Source: Sarea resinae (taxonomy: Eukaryota). Taken from it: a stretch of DNA of 64,000 nt. Every line of letters starts with the position of its first letter. Positions within the stretch are counted from its first letter, which is position 1. Position numbers and translations under genes: made by a program. Below, one piece after another: positions 1 to 14,311 of this stretch. Below the pieces are notes generated by a model. It was not told where the DNA came from and ran no database searches. It saw nothing but the letters and a program-made list of their open reading frames with translations. The stretch is taken from assembly GCA_026026165.1 (NCBI GenBank), contig JAPEUD010000044.1:1-64000 (forward strand), read 5' to 3'.

Positions 1-23
1 CCCTTTCACTCTAAAACAACAAA

Positions 24-47
24 CCCCCCCCCCCCCCCCCCCCCCCC
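24..47. repeat. Poly-C homopolymer (~24 nt)
   Basis: Direct observation. Confidence 0.9.
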
Positions 48-524
48 GCCTTGCCCACTTCGAGGTTTTCTTTCGCGGTGTCGTGGTGTCGCGGTGTCGC
101 GGTGTCGTGTCCGCTTGTCATCTACTCCGTACATACTCAACTCGGCACTTTGTTAGTCGAGGGATCCGAGGGTTTTTTTCCTTTCGGTTGTTAGGCTTGG
201 TCATGATTACTGGTCTGGGTGATGTCTGCCCGGGTGATGGGCGCCAGTGATGGGCGCCAGTGGGCCTCGGGCGGGCACTACTCGTGCTTCCAGGTGGACG
301 ACGGGATGGCACGCGAGGCAATGGAATGGACGGGAAGGCCCCGCGATGAATGGAAGCGAGGCGAGGCGAGGTGAGGTGAGGCGAGGTGAGGAACGGACCG
401 AGGCCGAGAAGCGAACGAGCGAGCGAGCGGGACGGCGATGGGTCTACCTACAGGGCTACCTTAGGTAAGGTAGTGTAGCGTAGCGTATCTAGGGTAGTGT
501 CGCGTACGAATATCATACTTGACT

Positions 525-562
<38 letters not shown>
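525..562. repeat. (GCTT)n microsatellite, followed by (GAGGTGCCT) repeats
   Basis: Direct observation. Confidence 0.9.
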
Positions 563-563
<1 letters not shown>

Positions 564-3500
564 AGGTGCCTGAGGTGCCTGAGGTGCTTTTTTGTTTAGG
601 TTGCTTCTAGTAGTCTGTCTATCTGTCTGTCTGTCTACTGTGAGTAGAATAGAGTAGAGGAGCTTAGAGTAGAGTAGGCGTGCTGGGAGCGATATCCATC
701 CTATCCCATCGATTGTTATCCCTACGATCACCATCATCATCATCGTCGTCGTCGTTACGGAGCGTACTCGTGCCTTCAAGATCGGGCATACACCTACCTG
801 AGGTAGGTAGGTAGAGATGGGTAGATAGCAGGCGGGCAGGCAAACAGGCATTCATTCTACTCTCCTATGAGCAGAAATTCACGCGCGGCCGGTACAGTAT
901 CGCGTTGGATTCATCCATCCGGTTCATGAGCGATGGGATGCGGAAACGCCGTATGTCAGTAGTTAGGTAGCTAGCGGAGGAGAGCTCTCACGATGGATCG
1001 GAGTAGAATACTATGTACTCCGTAGGAGAGGAGAGTACGAAGTAGTTCGTCTCAGACTCTCGATCCCCCCGGGCTGGGGTATGTATGGTTGGGCTAGGTT
1101 GTGCTGTTGTGCTGTTGGGTCTATGGAGTATGTAAATCGAATCTCAAGTCTCTCTTGGTACGCAGTACGGATATCTACCTAAGGTACCTACCTACCTAGC
1201 CAGGGATACAGGACAGCCGGGATATATATTGTTAAAACTGCATGTACAAAGTAGCTCTTCTGATCAAGGTACTCTAGCGACCTAGCTAGGCTAGCTAGCC
1301 TCTCGGGGGTGATTTTCTTTTCTTGCTAGAGAGATTGTTCGAAGGGGTCGATCTTTTGGGAAGAATTTATCGGGTTCAACCCCCCTAGAAGCTGGGATGG
1401 GATGAGTCGCGACCTGACGATCAGGGCAAGGCGGGAGGGATTGTTGGAACGCTGGGTCCGGGGAGGGAGATTATGGGATCATCCGTAATACATAGATTAC
1501 AGAGAACGATGGTGATGGGGATGGGGGGTCCCAGCTGTTTGGGTCCCGCCGTCCTCATCCTCGTCCTTGTTCCTTTTTTCCTCTTACTCGTAGCTACGGA
1601 GTACTTGGCGCGCGCGGCATTATCCTTGTTTGGTGACAGGCAGAGGCAGAGGCAGAGGCAGAGGCGCAGAGGGGGAGATGAGGATCTGAGTGAGCACTAG
1701 CTAGCTCAGGTAGGGACTTGGTTCGTGGGTTCTGTTCCGTGTACGGAGTAGGTAGGCATGTAGCGGCTGGACAGAGACTGAGACTGGGACAACGGCATCA
1801 GCGGCGGCGAAGGCGGTCAGAGAATGGATGGATAGATGGATGGGTTCTTGGAGTGGGAATTGGAGTTGGATGCTGGGGAGCTTGGTAGCTTGGTAGGTGC
1901 TGTCAGCAGCTGGGCTTGGGCTTGATGCTTATGTTCGGCTCGGCAATGATGGGACAAGGTAGGTATGTAGGTAGGTAGGTAGTAAGGTAGGTAGGTAGGT
2001 TAGCTAATGTGGTATGGTGGGAATCGGGAATTTAATTGATATGATGGCTCGACAGGGCATGTTCTATCACTCGGCGTCGTACTGGCGCGGTGAGCGTTGG
2101 AGAGGACACGAGGCGGGCTTGTCTGGGATGGGATGGGCTGCCACGAGGGAGGACAGGGTCGAGGCAGCAAGGCAGGGCAGGGAAGGGAAAAGGGCTGGGA
2201 AAGGTTAGTGGGAGTATGGGGAGAAGAGAGACAGAGAGACTGGCTGGATGGATGTTCTACTACAGTACCGGAGTAGATGTCACACAGGGCGTTGAGGGCG
2301 TTGAAGGCGCGGCGTTGGCTGTGATACCGCACCGCGTGGTCTAGGAAGTCCAGGTCTGAGTGAAGATGGGGACGATGAGGTAGGTGCTCGTGCTAGATGG
2401 ATGATTGGACTTGGAGGTCAGGTAAGGGGTATGTTGGCGTGCTCTTGGACGATGCTGTTTGTTTTTGTTTTCTCCGTCTCGGTGCGAGATGAGGTCATGG
2501 AGATGGAGATGGGGGATAGGGATAGGGATTTCCGGGACGAAGCTACCTACCTACCCTACGGATACTGCATCATTCACATGCATGAGACAATCTCCATCCT
2601 CTCTTGGGGATCGAAGAAGGCAAAGGCCTTTTCGTCTTGCGCCATCAATGGATTCCAGCCATGCCATGCTCTGCTTTGCTCTGCTGGGAGCACGAGTATG
2701 CATTGATGTATGCGTGCCATGCCATGCAATGCCATGCTCTCCTCCCTCGGTACCCACGGTGCGATACCCACGGTACGATACCTCAGCACCGACCACGCCA
2801 CACGAATCGATGTCTCTCTCGCTCTCCCATTCTGTGGTTCGGCTTCATCGCCGTCCACTGTCTTCTCTGCATTCGTGCTCATGCGTGGCACTAAACCGAA
2901 CGGATGCGTTCTGGTGCTACCTCGCTCGCACCGCCCGAAGACAACTGGAAAGTGCGGCAGCTAGGCAGTATCTAGCCTTCCCTCTATCTATCGTACGTTG
3001 GTCGTCGTCCGAGTGCCTCCACTGGGAATAGAGGGGAGCACACCAAGTCGCATAGCTCGCGAAGATCGTTCCAGTGCGCCTCGTCCTTGGCCACCCGGGA
3101 AGATAGTGCACTGGAGGGCCAGTCGCGTACGCTCAGTCGAGGTACTATGTAGGCGTATGGGTGCAGCTTCCTTTCACCGGGATTGACCCCGGGACCGACC
3201 CCACCGTAGCCGTGGACGTGGCGGGCCCTTTATGCTTAATCGAGGCCAATGGCACGTCAAACCATGCCGCTTGGTCGCCAGTGCGCCGACCGAGCCGCGC
3301 CGTGGGGAGCCAGTCCTGCGCATCCCGCAGTAGCGGGTCCTACTACCTTCCTCTACCCAAGGGTCAAAGCAGCAGGGAACAAAGGAAGAGAAGACCCCAC
3401 GGACCCGTTTCCCTCGTCAGCTACAAGGTAAAGAGGCAAGCCCAAGACAAGGCCAGGCAGGACGAGGAGGACTACTACGTAGTAGAGGAATAGTAGGTGT

Positions 3501-3711
3501 GAGGCAATTGAACCGAAGAGGAAGGAAGAGAGGCACTACATGCGGAGAAAGAGAGAAAGACAAAGAGCAGAAACGGTTGCTGTCATCATTGTAATTTCGT
3601 CACTCTACTGCACTCGCTGCAGCCATGGATGTCGCTGCCCCATGAAACCTTCCCAGTTCCCATCCGTGGACGTTGATCCATCCATTGCTGCTGCTGCTGC
3701 TTGCTGCGGCT

Positions 3712-3746
3712 ACTCCACTCCACTCCACTCCACTCCACTCCACTCC
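3712..3746. repeat. (ACTCC)n microsatellite
   Basis: Direct observation. Confidence 0.85.
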
Positions 3747-4364
3747 CCTCCCTTGGCCACGATTCCACTCGTTCGAGCTACCACTGCCGTTGCTACTGCT
3801 GCTACTACTGCTGCTAATGCTGCTACTTCGACCACTACTGCCGCTACCGCGACAGCTCCATGTCTGCCGCTGCTTCTCGGGCGGTCTGCAGTCTGCGGTC
3901 TGCGGTCTGCGGTCTGCTGCAGCAGCGGCGGCTCTCTGACCGCAATCCCCCTCCTCCCTTCCTTCTCCTTCCCACCACTCTACTCTCGTACTCGACCACA
4001 TACGTACCTTACCCAGTGCAGCTGCTACTAAGACATCTGACATACTCCAGAGTAGATAATCCCATCTGCCATCTGGCTTTGATGCTTGCTTAGCTTCGGC
4101 TTCTCTGGCCTCCCTACGGCCTTTACTCCTCTTACCTCCGGCCTTGACATCCTAAACCGCTCTCTCTCCGTCACTCGAACTGTATCTCTCGATCCAATTG
4201 CCTCACTCGTACACCTCACTTCACTTTGCTCGACCTACCTTGATTCACCTGATTCGCATGCTGTACCAAATTGACACTTCTACTGAGAGCTGACCTCTGT
4301 TGATATTCCGCATGCGCAGTCGTCAGACTCTGACTGCTGCTTCATCTTTTACTTCCTATCCAAC

Positions 4365-6489
4365 ATGTCTTCATCACCTCGCACCCTGACCGACATCGCG
4401 ACCGAAATCCTCGCGCATGCTCGTGCCCTTGACGACTTCATTGCAACGAACAATCTGCCGCAGCCATCTTTCGCTCCCGATGCGCTCGCGACCCTGCCCA
4501 TCCCGCCGAGCAATGACTCCCTGCGCGAGTCCCGGCAGTCGCTGATGCAAGCGTCGCAAGAGATCTACCAATTGGCCGCCGGCCCGGCAGAGCATTTGCA
4601 CAGACTGTGCTGGCTAGTAAATAAGACACTTTTCCGAAAATGCTTTTTTTGTTCTGGCGGCAGCGCAGATTCTCACCCATCATTTTTTCATCCGATAGCA
4701 TGGCGACTCCCTGAGCGTGCGCGCCCTGACCCATTTCCGAATCCCGGAAGCCGTGCCCCTCGACGGAGAACTCTCCTTTGAGCAGATCGCCCGCGACTGC
4801 AATGTCGACTTGGACCGATCCCGCCGTGTGATCCGACATGCCATGACGAACAATCTGTTCCAGGAGCCGAGGCCAGGCTTCGTCGCCCATACCGCTGCGT
4901 CGGCGCTGCTGGTCAAGGATCAGGGACTGAGGCACTGGGTCCATATGAATGTGGCGGAGATCTGGCCGGCCATGTCGCGCGAAGTCGAAGCCATTGAGAA
5001 ATACCCGGGCTCCGAGGAACCCGATCAGACCGGGTTCTGTATCTCGAACAATACCGAGTCGGTGCTGTTCAAGGAGCTTGCCAAGTACCCGGAGCGGGCG
5101 AAGGTGTTTGCCATGGGCTTAGGAGCGTGGACCAATGGTGAAGGCTTCGAGCTTGACCATCTGATCAATGGATATCCCTGGGTACAGTTCGGAAAAGGCA
5201 CAGTCGTTGATGTAAGTCTTTTGCTTTGGTTAAAGGAATACCTCACTGAGAGTATATGGACAGGTCGGTGGCTCGCACGGCTTCGTGAGTGTTGCCCTCG
5301 CCGAAGCATATCCGGAACTTTCCTTTGTGGTGCAAGATCTCCCGCACACGGCTGATGAGGGCAATGCCTTCATCCCCGCTCACCTCAAGGACCGCGTCAC
5401 GACGATGGGTCATGACTTCTTTACGGAGCAGCCCGTCAAGGGTGCCGATGTCTATTTCTTCCGCTGGATCTTCCACAACTGGTCGACCAAGTATAGCATC
5501 AAGATTCTGCAGTCGATCATCCCGGCCATGAAACCGGGGTCAAGGGTCATCATCAATGATATCTGTCTCCCCGAACCCAACACGATTGCTCGACATGAGG
5601 AGAAGAATATTCGGTGAGTGATCCACACGACGTCGATTCAATGTTACAGTCTTGTTGATTGTGGTGGAACAGTACAATGGACCTGATGATGATGGCGCTC
5701 CTGAACGCACGCGAACGTTCCGTTGCCGACTTCGCCGAGCTTTTCGCGGCGGCCGATCCGCGCTTGAAATTCAGCCGCGCGATTCATCCCGAGAAGAGCA
5801 ATCTCTGGATCGTGGAAGCTATATTTGACCCCGAGGGTGCTTCTGACGCTATCATTGTGGACACTTTGGCTAGCACGCAGGACGCCGTGACTAATCATCA
5901 GGAGCCAGTTTCAGATGAGCCGGCGAAGGAGAGTGCGGGCGTTAATGGCGGGGTTGGAGCTGAAGTCAAGGCTGAGACGAATGGGTTGAACGTTCCGGAC
6001 AAGCCGGCTGCAGATAATCTTACTACGGAGCCTGCTACTTCGGAATCAACATTGCCTTTCATCCCACTTACCGCTCCTGCGGAATCGAAGCCGGAAACGG
6101 TGGAGCCGAAGTCCGCACCCACGACCACCTCAGAAGAGGCGAACCCAGCGATACAGGCCGAGACGGCGAAGCCTGCAGCTATCGCGCCAGAATTAGGAGC
6201 TCCCTCCGCAGCGTCGGCGGTCGATGATCACGCTTCAGCGGCACAGACAGAGCCGGTGGCGCTCGACGGTGCGCGCGTTCAGGGAATGGGGAATCAGGGG
6301 TCTACTGCTACTATGACGACTACGGCTACGACGACGGAACCGGTAAAGGTAGATGGATCGGAGGAGATACCCGCGATAGAGACCACGAACACGGAGAAGG
6401 AGAAGGAGGCGGCGCCGTCGGCGTCAGGACCGGCGTCGGAACCAGTGGTCAAGGCTGCCGAGAGCGTGGCTGGGGTGCCGGAGGTGTAG
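4365..6489 (+). CDS. SAM-dependent O-methyltransferase (Methyltransf_2 type) with long acidic C-terminal tail; exons 4365-4616, 4699-5211, 5264-5613, 5673-6489
   Basis: Spliced translation gives VVD|VGGSHG SAM-binding motif, GHDFFTEQPVKGADVYFFRWIFHNW and NARERS motifs of fungal OMTs; all three introns are GT..AG and keep frame. Confidence 0.92.
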
Positions 6490-6929
6490 TCTAGTCTGAT
6501 TCCGTTCTGGTTTTGTACTCGTTGCTTGCTGGCTTGCTTGCCCGAGCAGATCGAAAGTGTATTTAGTCCTCTCCCTCTTCCCCGTGTCATTGCTCTCGTC
6601 CCCATTTACCCGGGTTCTCGGAGCCAATTGATCGTGGCTTGCCAGACCAAACAAGCAGTCTCGCTCGCTCACTCACTCACTCACTCACTCGCGAGCTTCC
6701 TCGCTGCCTGTCTGTCTGCCTGGGCGATCTGACGAGTGATATTGATTTCTCCCTCCTCGCGATTCCGTGCAGATAGCTACGGTGTCTCCCGCCCTCATTG
6801 TGTTAGATAGCAATAGTCGTCACCTTGTTATTATTGTCTCCGCTGTAAAAATGGAAGGAAAAGAAATGAGACGAGAGTCGAAGAGAAGATAAGGGGAGGA
6901 AGGGGAGGAAGGAAGGCTATCTGAGTCCA

Positions 6930-6961
<32 letters not shown>

Positions 6962-6969
6962 CTCTCTCT
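6930..6969. repeat. (CT)n microsatellite
   Basis: Direct observation. Confidence 0.9.
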
Positions 6970-7882
6970 GCATCTCAACGTCCGAGCTCGGGGTAAGTGG
7001 GTGAGGTAATTGATATATCACTGGTCTGTCTATCTACCTGCCTACCTACCTACCTACCCGAGGTACGTTGGGCAGCTAGGCAAGCTAAGTCGACATGGCA
7101 AGACGAGACGAGACGAGTCGAGATGGCTCATGCGTGTTAGAGGACAGGGGGGGTGGGGGTGCAGAGTAGAGGGGTGATGATGATGATATTCCCAGGGAAT
7201 GCTCGAACATTAAATTATTTGATTCCGATATCGATGGCATGAGTGATGAATGATGGACCGACCCTGACTGAGCTGCCAGAAACCCAGGACTACTATAACT
7301 CGCACCAGCCGGACCATGTCTATTACATACATAGACAACACCTCTCCCAGACGGCCGAGCCCGGGATGTGAATCCTTGATTGATCGACTAGATGAGTGCC
7401 TACGACTGCGTCTACTGAGTGAGTGAGTGAGGGAGTGAGCGAAGTGCAATAGAGTCGGTAAGGTAGGTAAGTTGGTAGGTAGGTAGCTTGTGCTATACTA
7501 CCTACTTACCTAGGTAACGTACTGAGAAAGAGATTGGAAGCTGCCCTGGTTTATAACTACAGTACTAATGTATAATATTACAGATACGACTTGAGACCAC
7601 CTGGCTCAGACCATTATAATGCTGTCCGAGGAGGCTCTCGTGTCCAGACTCCAGTGTCCGTCCGTCGTCTCGAGCTTCTATTTTTGTGTTCCCAGTCATG
7701 CATGCTCGTGCCCTGCCCTAAACGCCTTGCCTGAATGGTGAAGCTGAACTCCGGACTGTGTGAGAGGAAAGAGGGAAGGGGGATGTCGGTCCAAAGTGAG
7801 GTGCGCGGGGTATGTGGGGGTATGACGAGGAGGATGATGATGATGAGAACGATGGTGATGTGATGGCAGAGCATAGCAGAAC

Positions 7883-9885
7883 TCATCGCTCTCTGTGAGC
7901 CGTGGGATTTCCGTCGCCGGTCCCATCTCCGTCTCCACTTCCGTTGTGACTATTGTCTCCGTTCTCGACGCCTGCCGTACCCCTTCGTGGCTGGTGAAGC
8001 CGCCTCTTCTTCTTCCTGCGCATCCGCAGTTTCAGCACCTCGCGGGACGACGAGTCGAGCTTCTCGCCCTCGTGCTCGCCCTCTGGTTCTTCTCCGTCCG
8101 GTCGCTCGCCTCCGGTTCGAGGAGCACCGTCTTTCGGGTCGGTGGGCCGCGTTGTCCAGCCAGCCGAGGTCCAGACTCGACGGACGCCTTGAAGGGGATG
8201 CGTTTGAGAATCGGGTGGAGATTGGGTTTGGGGTTGGGGATGGCGTCCGAGTAGGAGATCCCGTCGCATCTCCTGCACGAGTGGGCCAAACTCGAATTCG
8301 CCTTCCATGAAGCCTACGTCCTCTTCTCGTTCACCTTCTACTGCCTTGTCTCCTCTCCCTACTCCGTTACGTCGGCCACTACCATTACCACCACCGACAC
8401 CGTATCCTAGCGTACACGGCCCGTATTTGATCGGTAGGAACCAGTCGAGGTAATTTTCGCCGAGCACGGTCTTCAGGTTCGCCAGCGGCGAGGAGAGATC
8501 CCAGGGGTTGGTGCTAGGCGGCGTGGTAAGGAGGGCAAATGTGCGTGGCGCGGCCGACGGGTTGGACGGGTTGGGGAAGGTGACGGTTCTGAAAGGAGAG
8601 GGCGGTGGATTGGAGGTATTCGTGTTGGCATTGGCGTCATGGTCGGCATTTTGATCGGTGAGAGGGCCTGTTGGCGTAGCGGTATTGGGTGACGATGATG
8701 GCGGCGGTGAAGCCGTCGAAGCCGAGGTTTCTGGAGAGTGGATCGCAAAAGCAGAAGGTCGATTTAACGGATGCTCCGGATGGGTCTCCGGGATGAAGAA
8801 CGCAAGCGTATATGTCCTGCCGTTATGGCTTAGACTCTCAATCGTGGTCAGATTGCGGACTGCGAGCTGCGTGTTCGAGAGGACCATGCCCGCCGTGAAG
8901 AGCATGAACATTGCCGCGAAGCCCAATGCGACGCACCAGGTTGCTGGCGGTCTGTTACCCGTGTCTCTGCTTTTCTCTGCCAGGTACACGGCGATAACCA
9001 CGAGCACGTAGATGCAGTAGATGAGCGCGTAGAAAGTGAATTGCAGAAAGAATTTGTGGGTGGTGAGAGAGACTATGCCGCCGACCCTATCAGTCTCTCT
9101 ATCAGTATGTGGTAATCATCGAGGGGGAAAGGAATTGCGAGCGGGTCGAGAGAAGCTCTCGAGATGATGGAAAAGGGGCACTCACCACGGACAGAAATGA
9201 TCCATCTTGCGCACGCAACGGTCAACTTCGCTGCAGTGATGCGCACGGTCGGGCTTGAAGTTCTGGCATGTCGAGCACCAGTATGGTATGCCGTCGTCGG
9301 AGCAGACGTAGACATCACGCGTGTAGAATGGCGCACCCCCTGGGGAAGTGAGTATCGCATCCTTGCCACTCGGCGCTGGGACCGCATTAGCCCCTCCATT
9401 ACTTTCGATGCTTCCAGGTTCCTGCTCATCTGAGGAACCGCGCTTCTTCATCGCCGGAGAGTAAGGTCGCTTTTCATCCGAGGAAGTGGTAAGTCTCCAA
9501 TTGATACCGCGTGGCACGAACCCAGGATTCGTGACTACGGTGTAGAGCAGCCGAAAATATGTGATGGACATGAGGCACATCAGAATAAAATAGAACATAA
9601 GCAGCGGTATCGCTGCGCCGTGGCGGGGGCCATGAGGGATTGTTTGGGAGGGGTGCAGCAGGTAATTTACTGTATCACGAATACGATTGTCAGTTCCGTT
9701 CACGCATATCTGGCTCTCGCAATGCACGTCGAGAAAGGGAGGGATCGCATACCACAGATCAGGGCAACAAACACCCATGTCACATAGCCCACGATGCCAA
9801 CTAAGACCAATGGGATGATCCGCGATACCCAGATGTTCAGAAGTTTGTAGTCGCAGGGGGCGTTGGCGGCCGAGGGGCGGGCCAT
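7883..9885 (-). CDS. PFA5: DHHC palmitoyltransferase, Pfa5-like (3 exons)
   Basis: WCSTCQNFKPDRAHHCSEVDRCVRKMDHFCPW|VGG DHHC-CRD, NLTTIE motif, NPWDL..NLKTVLG..WFLP; N-terminal TM helix starting at ATG 9885. Confidence 0.88.
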
Positions 9886-12800
9886 GCTGCGAGAGGAGGG
9901 GAGAAGAGATGATGGCACGGAGGGATTAAGCCATATACTCTGATAGTCTATCTTGCCTTGGGGCGTCGAGGCATTGTGGCGAGAGTGGTAAAGATCGTGG
10001 CGATGGCAATACGGTGATGTGATGTGATGATGGTGTTTGTTGCTGCTGTCGAGAGAAAGTGCCCTTGATCGTTTGACGTAATCCGTTTTCCTCGGAGCCA
10101 TACGCTAATACGCAAAGGGACATTCTACCTCCTCGTACGGCGCTGTACTTAGGGTTAGTCGAGCATAAAGCAATCCATGATTGAGATTATTTGCATTTCT
10201 TTTTTTCGATTATTGAATTCCTTTTCTTCAACTCTATTTACACTTCCACGTATCGTCTCCATCCGATCCTCTTCATTGTGAGTTGCTACGTCCAATGGGA
10301 ATTGCGAATCGCCGTGGGAATTTGATCTCGCAAATGAACAGCTACCGCGCCATCTGTGATGCTCTCACTACAATCTACAGATTGACCCAGTCTTTCAAAT
10401 TCGACAAATGCGGATCCAAACATTTAACCTCATGCTCGCCCTCAATCCGATGAAGGAATCCGTCCCCGAGACATCCATTATTGAACCGCATTGGATCGCC
10501 CCGACGTCGCTCCACTCAAGGCATCATCGACTGGTACCATCTGCCTTGCTTCGCGCGTAGGCCACCCGCGGCAGCCTGCACTGCCGATTGAGCAGGCAGA
10601 CAGTAGACACTTGATTGCTGCAGTAACATTCGGAGCCCGTAGGCATCTGACGCTTCAACAAAGTCATCTCGACAGATGAGCGCCTAAATGAATGCCTTAA
10701 AGCGATGCACGCTTAGCGCGGTAGCCTGATGCGAACGGACAGGTTAGGCAGGATGTCCAAGTGACCACCTCAGCTTTCAGCACCGTCCAGCGTTGCTATG
10801 GGGGCCAAGCTCATGTGTCATGGGCCGCAAATACATCACTATCGTTTACGAAGACTACGAAGAACACCGTCACCTCTGATAGACCTTCCATCGCATACTC
10901 AGTTCAGCCGCTCTTCTACTCTGCCCGGAAGTCAACCATTTGCATGTCCTTCCAAACGATCTACGTTCAGGACTCTAGGGTCCCTGGTAATCAGGCAGCT
11001 GTCCGTCACAGAGTAGCATCTTTTAAGAGCCAGCGAATCCCAACTTTCCTCTCGAACGCGTCCATCAATCACTCAACAGACGATAGCTTACACCGCCTCT
11101 TTCAATCGCATCTTACATCGGCACTAATAATCTCTCATTCGTAAGAGCTCGTGCCAAGATCTGACTGTTCGCCGAGACGTGGGATCCGGGATAGGAAGGT
11201 ACGAGTCTGTCGACACACGGGCGGTCTTAAGTGCAAACTTCTGCCTCAGGTCAGTCAAGGTGTGGCAGTGTTGGTCCTGTTTGAGTAGGTCGCTTTCCGT
11301 CAGGCTGCGCAGGCCACTTTCAAGACTGAAAGCACGCTAGCGGGATATGCAGATCTTGACTGAACGCACTCGTGGTCCCTTGTTTCGTTTTGGTTTGAAG
11401 TGTACGGGCTTTGATGGTGCCTTTCCGCACAGAACGACTTCCGGCGTCCAGCGCACTTGGCCCATGCTCAATATGCTGGAAGAGGTAACGAATTGGGGCT
11501 TCCAGTAGCATTGAGGAGATCAGGCTAGAGGCGATGCGATTATGGAAACTTTGATTATATTTGATCAGGCCAGAACGATCGTTGTCACTTCTCGCCACCT
11601 TTATTCGCTCTCCGACGCATGTGCGTCGTGGGACGCGATCAGGCAAAGACGAACAGGCCCTTTTTGGTGGCCACCGATTGCCTTCTTCCGCCTTGAGGCA
11701 GACTTGCCGCCCTTTCCATTTCCCGGCCCGTCAAACTTTGACGTGGAGACAGCGTTAATCTACTGGCAGGTCTCTCGTTCCCTTCCAGATTTGCCCTGTC
11801 TTGTCCTGCCGTCCGTTGTGTCTTTCGGTCTTCTACTATGCTCTCTGCCTCCCGTAAAGCTCGCAGCCTAATCAATAATCGGCTGCGAAAGAATTCGTTT
11901 TGTATATGCTCTCACCTGCCAGCAGTCTGAGCTGGTCTTTCACTTCCTGCCTATCCTGCTCAATTACACGTCCTCTATCTCAAGAAGCTTCTCCCTTAAC
12001 CTTGCACTAAATACTCAGCGTCCAATGCGTGAGCTACTACGTCCTCTTCCTCCTTAATGCTGCTTTCCTTCGTCCCGCTCGCACAGCTTCACAGGAAAAA
12101 AGTCACTCCATGCAACTCTTGCCCACTCTGTTCCTCAGACTACCCAAGGATCATCAAGTCGTCTTCCAATAGACCTAGTGGAATGCAACTCAAACGACCC
12201 GAAAGTTGCCCTCAGGAAAACAGATTCATCTAGTCATTTTTGCAGTCACAACCGCCAGATTTTGGTATTGCTTTCAACCAGATTTCAAGTTCAACGGAGT
12301 CTATGATGCTTGTTATACGTCAAATGTCGAGGTTGTGGAAATGACGGGTTGCCAAGTGCAAGATTTGAGGAGCTGACCGTCAAGGCCACAAAACCCTAGT
12401 CCAGCCCGCTGAAGTCGGCTTCTATGTGTCTCTCATTCAGGGTTTTGTCTGCTTACAGACTTGGTTTGGGCCGAAAATGTTTGGCCCCATCATCTGTTGG
12501 AAAGCTGTCACCCTTGTAGTGTTTCACGCCGAAGAGAACTGTTCGCTTACATATGCGTTCGTTTTTCAAGGTGCATTTTCTTCTTGAAATGCAATCTCTC
12601 AGCTGAAGTATAAGGCTTTTTGGCTCGAGACAATCTCTACTCCCTTTCTAAGCGAGGCTGTTCATATTTAATCCACAAAAGGGATGGTGATTTGAGACAA
12701 TTTCAGGATCTCGAAAAACAAAGCGAGTTTGTCAACATTCACGAACAGTGGCATCAATGGTATTTTTCTCTTGTTTCACCATGTGCTAAAACAGTACTTT

Positions 12801-14311
12801 GCGTAGAAAGTCTCAGATCGGTTTGGAACTGATGAAGCAATACGGTGTTTTTCAGCCTTATGAGGCAAATCTCCATTAATAAGCTATTGAAGATCCTGGT
12901 TCGACAAGGGTAAGGTTGAAACCGTTGATTTGAAGTCAAGGCACAGATACAGACCCCAAATGCCGAGGCGTAAGCCTAGATCTGGGCTGAATTCGGAAGG
13001 AAGTGAGTACTCCTCCTAGGGGAATCAATCTTCTCTAGATTGATCACTCGCTTTCGAGAAGATTACGCATCATTTCATCCTCAGCAGCGGTCAGTGAAAT
13101 CATACCCACTAGGCAACATTAAGGCCTCCCGCGTCAGTCACGCGCTTTTGAGGCTGGAGCACGCATCTGATTGTTCTTAGGCTCATGCCTAAAAGGGCGC
13201 CTTTGCAAGAATATGTGAGAAGTGCGTTGAGATCGTACTGCAGTGGCAAACCTCTACATTACCTCACGGTCTATCCGTCGAATTGCCGAATTAGGCAGAT
13301 AAGTTCATCATTTTGCCTGTTCGATTGCCCGGACGTCCGCCTAGAGTGTGTCCAAGAAGACCAATATGACCTCTACACCTACATATGGTGTATCGCTAAC
13401 GCTAGCTTTTCCAGGGCACACAGCCCGTTCTCCTTACAACTTAGGCTCACTGCCTCAGGAGTTCCCAACGAATAAAGAAGAAAGAATGGCCAAAAGAGAA
13501 ATGGATCTATTGTTTGAATGGCCCAAGTCTGAACCTCAGACTAGAGCTTTGCTCTCTGATAGGCTTCCTCGTCTCGAACACTTCTCAACCTCACTGATTA
13601 GCAGATCGTCTTCTCCTGCCCAGCATCACCGCTTCCCCGACTTCATTCCCTTCCAATTGAATAACATCTCCGCTGTTACACACCTGAAATGACGTGGCAT
13701 CTTATCCTCTTTCTTGGTCATGTCCCAAGGATTGATCCACACTCTTGTATCTCGCTGCCACAATTAAGGCGCTGAACGGACCCAGCGGACCGCCTTGGGC
13801 TCGTCAAAACCCAGCAAACTGCCCCTCGGGTCCATAACCCTTGCGAAATGCTTCTTCCATCAGCTTTCTAGAAGCCTTGCCCTCGATCACACTCAGGAAC
13901 GATCGTGTAGGCCGAGACATAATGCCTATATCTGAGGGACATCTCCGGCTCAGCTTCTTGTTAATGGCCCCCAGTCAGCTTTTCCCCTAGCGGTCTGGAC
14001 AGTACGAGCCCGGTCCGCCCATCCTTCAATTCAAGGCAAATGATTAGAGGGCGTCAGATATTCAATATGACTCTGAAGGCAGCTAACTTGCACTGCCTCG
14101 GCGTTGCGTTGTTTTACGCCCGTTGCTGTCTTTGAAGCGTAATGAGTATTTCCATCTACTCACTCAATATATAAGTGATGGCTGTTGAACTTGAAATATT
14201 TCTTCATCAAATAAACCAGTCAGTCAAGCAATCTACTCTTGAGACTAAAGCATCTCTTTCTTGTCTTATTCTCAAAGCAACAATTCGTCACCACCGCGAA
14301 CGACAATCAAT

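Noticed and set aside
118..4274. Numerous short ORFs
   Set aside because: They are translations of microsatellites and low-complexity DNA.
10149..10158. TTAGGGTTAG (minus strand CTAACCCTAA), resembling a telomerase RNA template
   Set aside because: It lies ~270 bp upstream of PFA5 on the same strand, so a long telomerase RNA would overlap the CDS; no pseudoknot or CR4/5 was recognised. More likely a promoter telo-box or chance.
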